NCBI GenBank assembly: GCA_022530585.1
Contig: CP092821.1
Coordinates: 1,025,509 to 1,089,508 of the forward strand
DNA: 64,000 nucleotides
Origin: Candidatus Nealsonbacteria bacterium DGGOD1a
GTDB lineage: Bacteria > Patescibacteriota > Minisyncoccia > Minisyncoccales > UBA5738
Direction: 5' to 3'
Of this stretch, positions 61,670 to 64,000 are shown piece after piece. Numbering within the stretch: position 1 is the first letter of the stretch; each line of letters opens with the position of its first letter. The translations under genes and the position numbers were made by a program. The notes beneath the pieces are model-generated. The model ran no database searches. It had not been told where the DNA came from and worked only from the letters and a program-made list of their open reading frames with translations.

Positions 61670-62545
61670 TTAATTTATTCCGATTTTCCAAATTCCTTTT
61701 TCTAAAAACGCCTCTATCGTCTGGCGATTTGCTTTATTGATTACATTCGGATGTGAAAAATTATTTATTTTAGCAAACTCTTTTAAAGTTATTATTTTTT
61801 TGCCTTCCAAATAAGCAAGCCGTTTATGATAGCTGTTTAAAAGCGCCCGGGCAACAATTTCTTCCATTATCTCGGTTTTTCGCCCTGTATCAAATTCTTT
61901 AAACGCCTCGTAATATTTTTTTCTATCGATAAACTTGATATTTATCGGCACGAATCCTTCTCGAATAAGCAAATAATTATTCAACGCTCGGCCGATGCGC
62001 CCGTTGCCGTCAATAAACGGATGGATATGTTCAAAAGTCAAATGCAGGCGCGCGATTCTTTTTATGATGCTTTCGTTTATATTGGCGTTATAATCAATAA
62101 TCATTTTTTCCAATTGCCCCGCCACCTCTTTGGGATCAACTGCGATATAGCTTCCCACCCTGACCCATTCATCGTTATTCCTGAATCTGCCCGCAACATC
62201 ATCGCGAATATTTGAAAGAAGCATTTTGTGTAACAATAAAATCAACTCAATGTTCAATTCTCGCTCTTTGGCTTTTTTATTTATGTAAGAGACAACCCGC
62301 GCCAGATTTTTCGCTTCGAATATCTCTCTTTCGGAAATATATCTATCCAAATCTATCTGCAATAATATTTTTTCAGTTTCTTCAAAAGTTAAAGTGCTGT
62401 TTTCAATCGCGTTGGAATTATAAACTTGTTCGGCGATTTCCGCCTCGTCAATCAGTTCCAAAAGCGGTTGCTTGCCGGCCAATGCCGCATAATAACGCAC
62501 GCGCAATTCATTGATTTTATTATAAACGCTTGATGTTTTTGCCAT
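61670..62545 (-). CDS. Fic/DOC-family protein
   Basis: 291 aa with the Fido motif HPFIDGNGRIGR. Confidence 0.85.
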   Translation of the reverse strand: MAKTSSVYNKINELRVRYYAALAGKQPLLELIDEAEIAEQVYNSNAIENSTLTFEETEKILLQIDLDRYISEREIFEAKNLARVVSYINKKAKERELNIELILLLHKMLLSNIRDDVAGRFRNNDEWVRVGSYIAVDPKEVAGQLEKMIIDYNANINESIIKRIARLHLTFEHIHPFIDGNGRIGRALNNYLLIREGFVPINIKFIDRKKYYEAFKEFDTGRKTEIMEEIVARALLNSYHKRLAYLEGKKIITLKEFAKINNFSHPNVINKANRQTIEAFLEKGIWKIGIN

Positions 62546-62595
62546 AGTTTAAATATACTATATTTTCACGATTTAAACAATTATAACCGTGAAAA

Positions 62596-64000
62596 TGTCA
62601 TTTAAAAGTAGTAATGTCATACTTGCGTCCAAGTAGAAATGTCATACCTGGTATGATTGGTGGATAAAACATAACCCACCAATATGGAAAAAGAATTATT
62701 CAAGATGACGCAAAAAGAGCTGGACAGGTATGAAGTAATAAGAAAATTGATCGCCAAAGAAATCACTCCGGGCGATGCGGCCAAGCAGCTGGGGCGGTCG
62801 GTAAGGCAGGTAAAGCGATTGCGCAACAAAGTGCGGGAGAAAGGCGCCAATGGGATCATTCACGGCTTGCGAGGCAAGCAAAGCAACAATAAGACCGATC
62901 TTAAAATCTGGGAAAAATCCGGACAAATAATTTCAGAAAAGTATCCTGATTTCGGCCCGACCTTGGCGCATGAAAAACTGGTTGAGGTTGAAGGAATAAA
63001 AATTGGCAAGCAGACCACGCGCAATTTAATGATCGCAAAAAAGATTTGGATGCCCAAACCAAGAAAACAAAACCAGGAATTCCGCTGCCAAAGAGAACGC
63101 AAAGAATCGCCGGGCGAGCTGGAACAATTCGACGGCTGTTACCACTTCTGGTTTGAGAAACGCGGCGATGAATCTTGTTTGTTGGCCTCCGTCGACGATG
63201 CCACCGGCCGGATCACCCGGGCGGAATTCACGGATAGCGAAAGCGTCATCAATGTGTTTCAATTCTGGAAAGGCTACCTCCAAGAATCAGGCAAACCGAT
63301 AGCCATCTACCTGGATAAATTCAGTACATATAAGATCAATCACAAAAATGCAAAAGACAACAGCGAAATGATCACCCAGTTTCAGAGAGCCGCCCGGGAA
63401 CTGGATATAACCCTGATCACCGCCAACAGCCCGCAAGCCAAAGGCCGAATCGAACGGCTCTTTGACACTTTGCAGGACCGGCTGGTCAAGGAATTGCGAT
63501 TGCGCGGCATCAGCGATATCGCCGCGGCCAGCAAATTCTTAAAAGAAGAATTCATTCCGGATTTCAATCAAAGATTTTCGGTGATTCCCAAAAAGAAAAA
63601 CGATCTGCACCGGCAGCTGCCCGATTTTCAAAGTTCAAATCTTGACGCGATATTTTCCGTCCAATCGCAAAGGCGGGTACAGAATGATTTCACGATAAGG
63701 TTCAAAAACCAATGGATACAGATCGCCAAAGAGCAGATCGCCACCGTGCGCCGCAAGGATGAAATTTTGATGGAAGAGCGGCTCGACGGATCGCTGGCGA
63801 TCCGTCTGCGGGATAAATATTTAAACTTCAAAATCCTGCCGGCCAAGCCGTTGAAAGCCAAAGAATTGATTGCCGCCATACCGGCAAAAAGAATCATCTC
63901 CAAGCCACCGGCGGATCATCCTTGGCGCAAACAAATCGCCGCTGAAATCGCAAAAATCAATTGTTAAAATATTTTTCCGGAAATAACAATACTAATTCTA
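62596..64000 (+). mobile_element. Second ISNCY/IS481-like element, right end beyond the window
   Basis: Left end TGTCATTTAAAAGTAGTAATGTCATAC..AGAAATGTCATACC is homologous to the tnp-proximal end of the IS at 24111-25573. The expected ~1.46-kb length would end near 64058. Confidence 0.7.
62684..63967 (+). CDS. DDE (rve-type) transposase, paralog of 24192-25481
   Basis: 427 aa, collinear with the first copy (MTQKELDRYEVIRKLIAKE.., YLDKFSTYKINHKNAKDN, SPQAKGRIE). Confidence 0.75.
   Translation: MEKELFKMTQKELDRYEVIRKLIAKEITPGDAAKQLGRSVRQVKRLRNKVREKGANGIIHGLRGKQSNNKTDLKIWEKSGQIISEKYPDFGPTLAHEKLVEVEGIKIGKQTTRNLMIAKKIWMPKPRKQNQEFRCQRERKESPGELEQFDGCYHFWFEKRGDESCLLASVDDATGRITRAEFTDSESVINVFQFWKGYLQESGKPIAIYLDKFSTYKINHKNAKDNSEMITQFQRAARELDITLITANSPQAKGRIERLFDTLQDRLVKELRLRGISDIAAASKFLKEEFIPDFNQRFSVIPKKKNDLHRQLPDFQSSNLDAIFSVQSQRRVQNDFTIRFKNQWIQIAKEQIATVRRKDEILMEERLDGSLAIRLRDKYLNFKILPAKPLKAKELIAAIPAKRIISKPPADHPWRKQIAAEIAKINC

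Noticed and set aside
1-64000. rRNA, tmRNA, RNase P and SRP RNA genes
   Set aside because: I scanned the GC-rich non-coding patches by eye (5860-6040, 38085-38350, 45550-45780, 53548-54150) and recognised no conserved cores of these RNAs. An Infernal/Rfam scan is needed to be certain.

Overview
This 64-kb window reads like a small-genome bacterium of the CPR/Patescibacteria type. That is an inference from gene content: short tightly packed genes, a VirB2-like pilin triplet, several HepT/MntA modules and several archaeal-type enzymes. I saw no rRNA genes and no CRISPR arrays. Positions 1-42 kb are mainly housekeeping: gyrA, hsp20, an htrA-like protease, tRNA-Leu(UAG), tRNA-Ala(GGC), tRNA-Arg(CCU) and membrane or secreted proteins. 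This part also holds a ~16-kb minus-strand lipid cluster. The cluster has a PccB-type acyl-CoA carboxylase with BCCP, biotin carboxylase and birA. It also has two plsC, a fabK-like gene, a fabZ-fabK-like fusion, cfa, fabG, a DUF35-DUF362 fusion and an archaeal-style thiolase. No ACP, fabD, fabH or fabF is visible. Positions 42-60 kb are an accretion island that starts exactly at tRNA-Arg(GCG). Its contents, in order:
- A large serine recombinase whose ORF ends inside the tRNA.
- A compact cassette of XRE, HEPN-like, 3TM and ThsB-like TIR genes. This is my top candidate for a novel system.
- An 8.8-kb element bounded by ~204-bp inverted repeats. It carries TetR, GT2, radical SAM, fabK and plsC paralogs plus a replication-relaxation protein and a TraD-like ATPase.
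- A divergent OPRT-like/OMPDC-like gene pair.
- IS200, IS982 and toxin-antitoxin modules.
cysS, a Fic gene and a second ISNCY-like IS follow. Another ISNCY-like copy has split a brnT toxin gene, leaving a 15-bp target duplication. Intergenic DNA is pervaded by long nested palindromes and two repeat families. One family forms a shared upstream module for hsp20 and the lipid genes. All family calls come from motifs read by eye. No database search was run.
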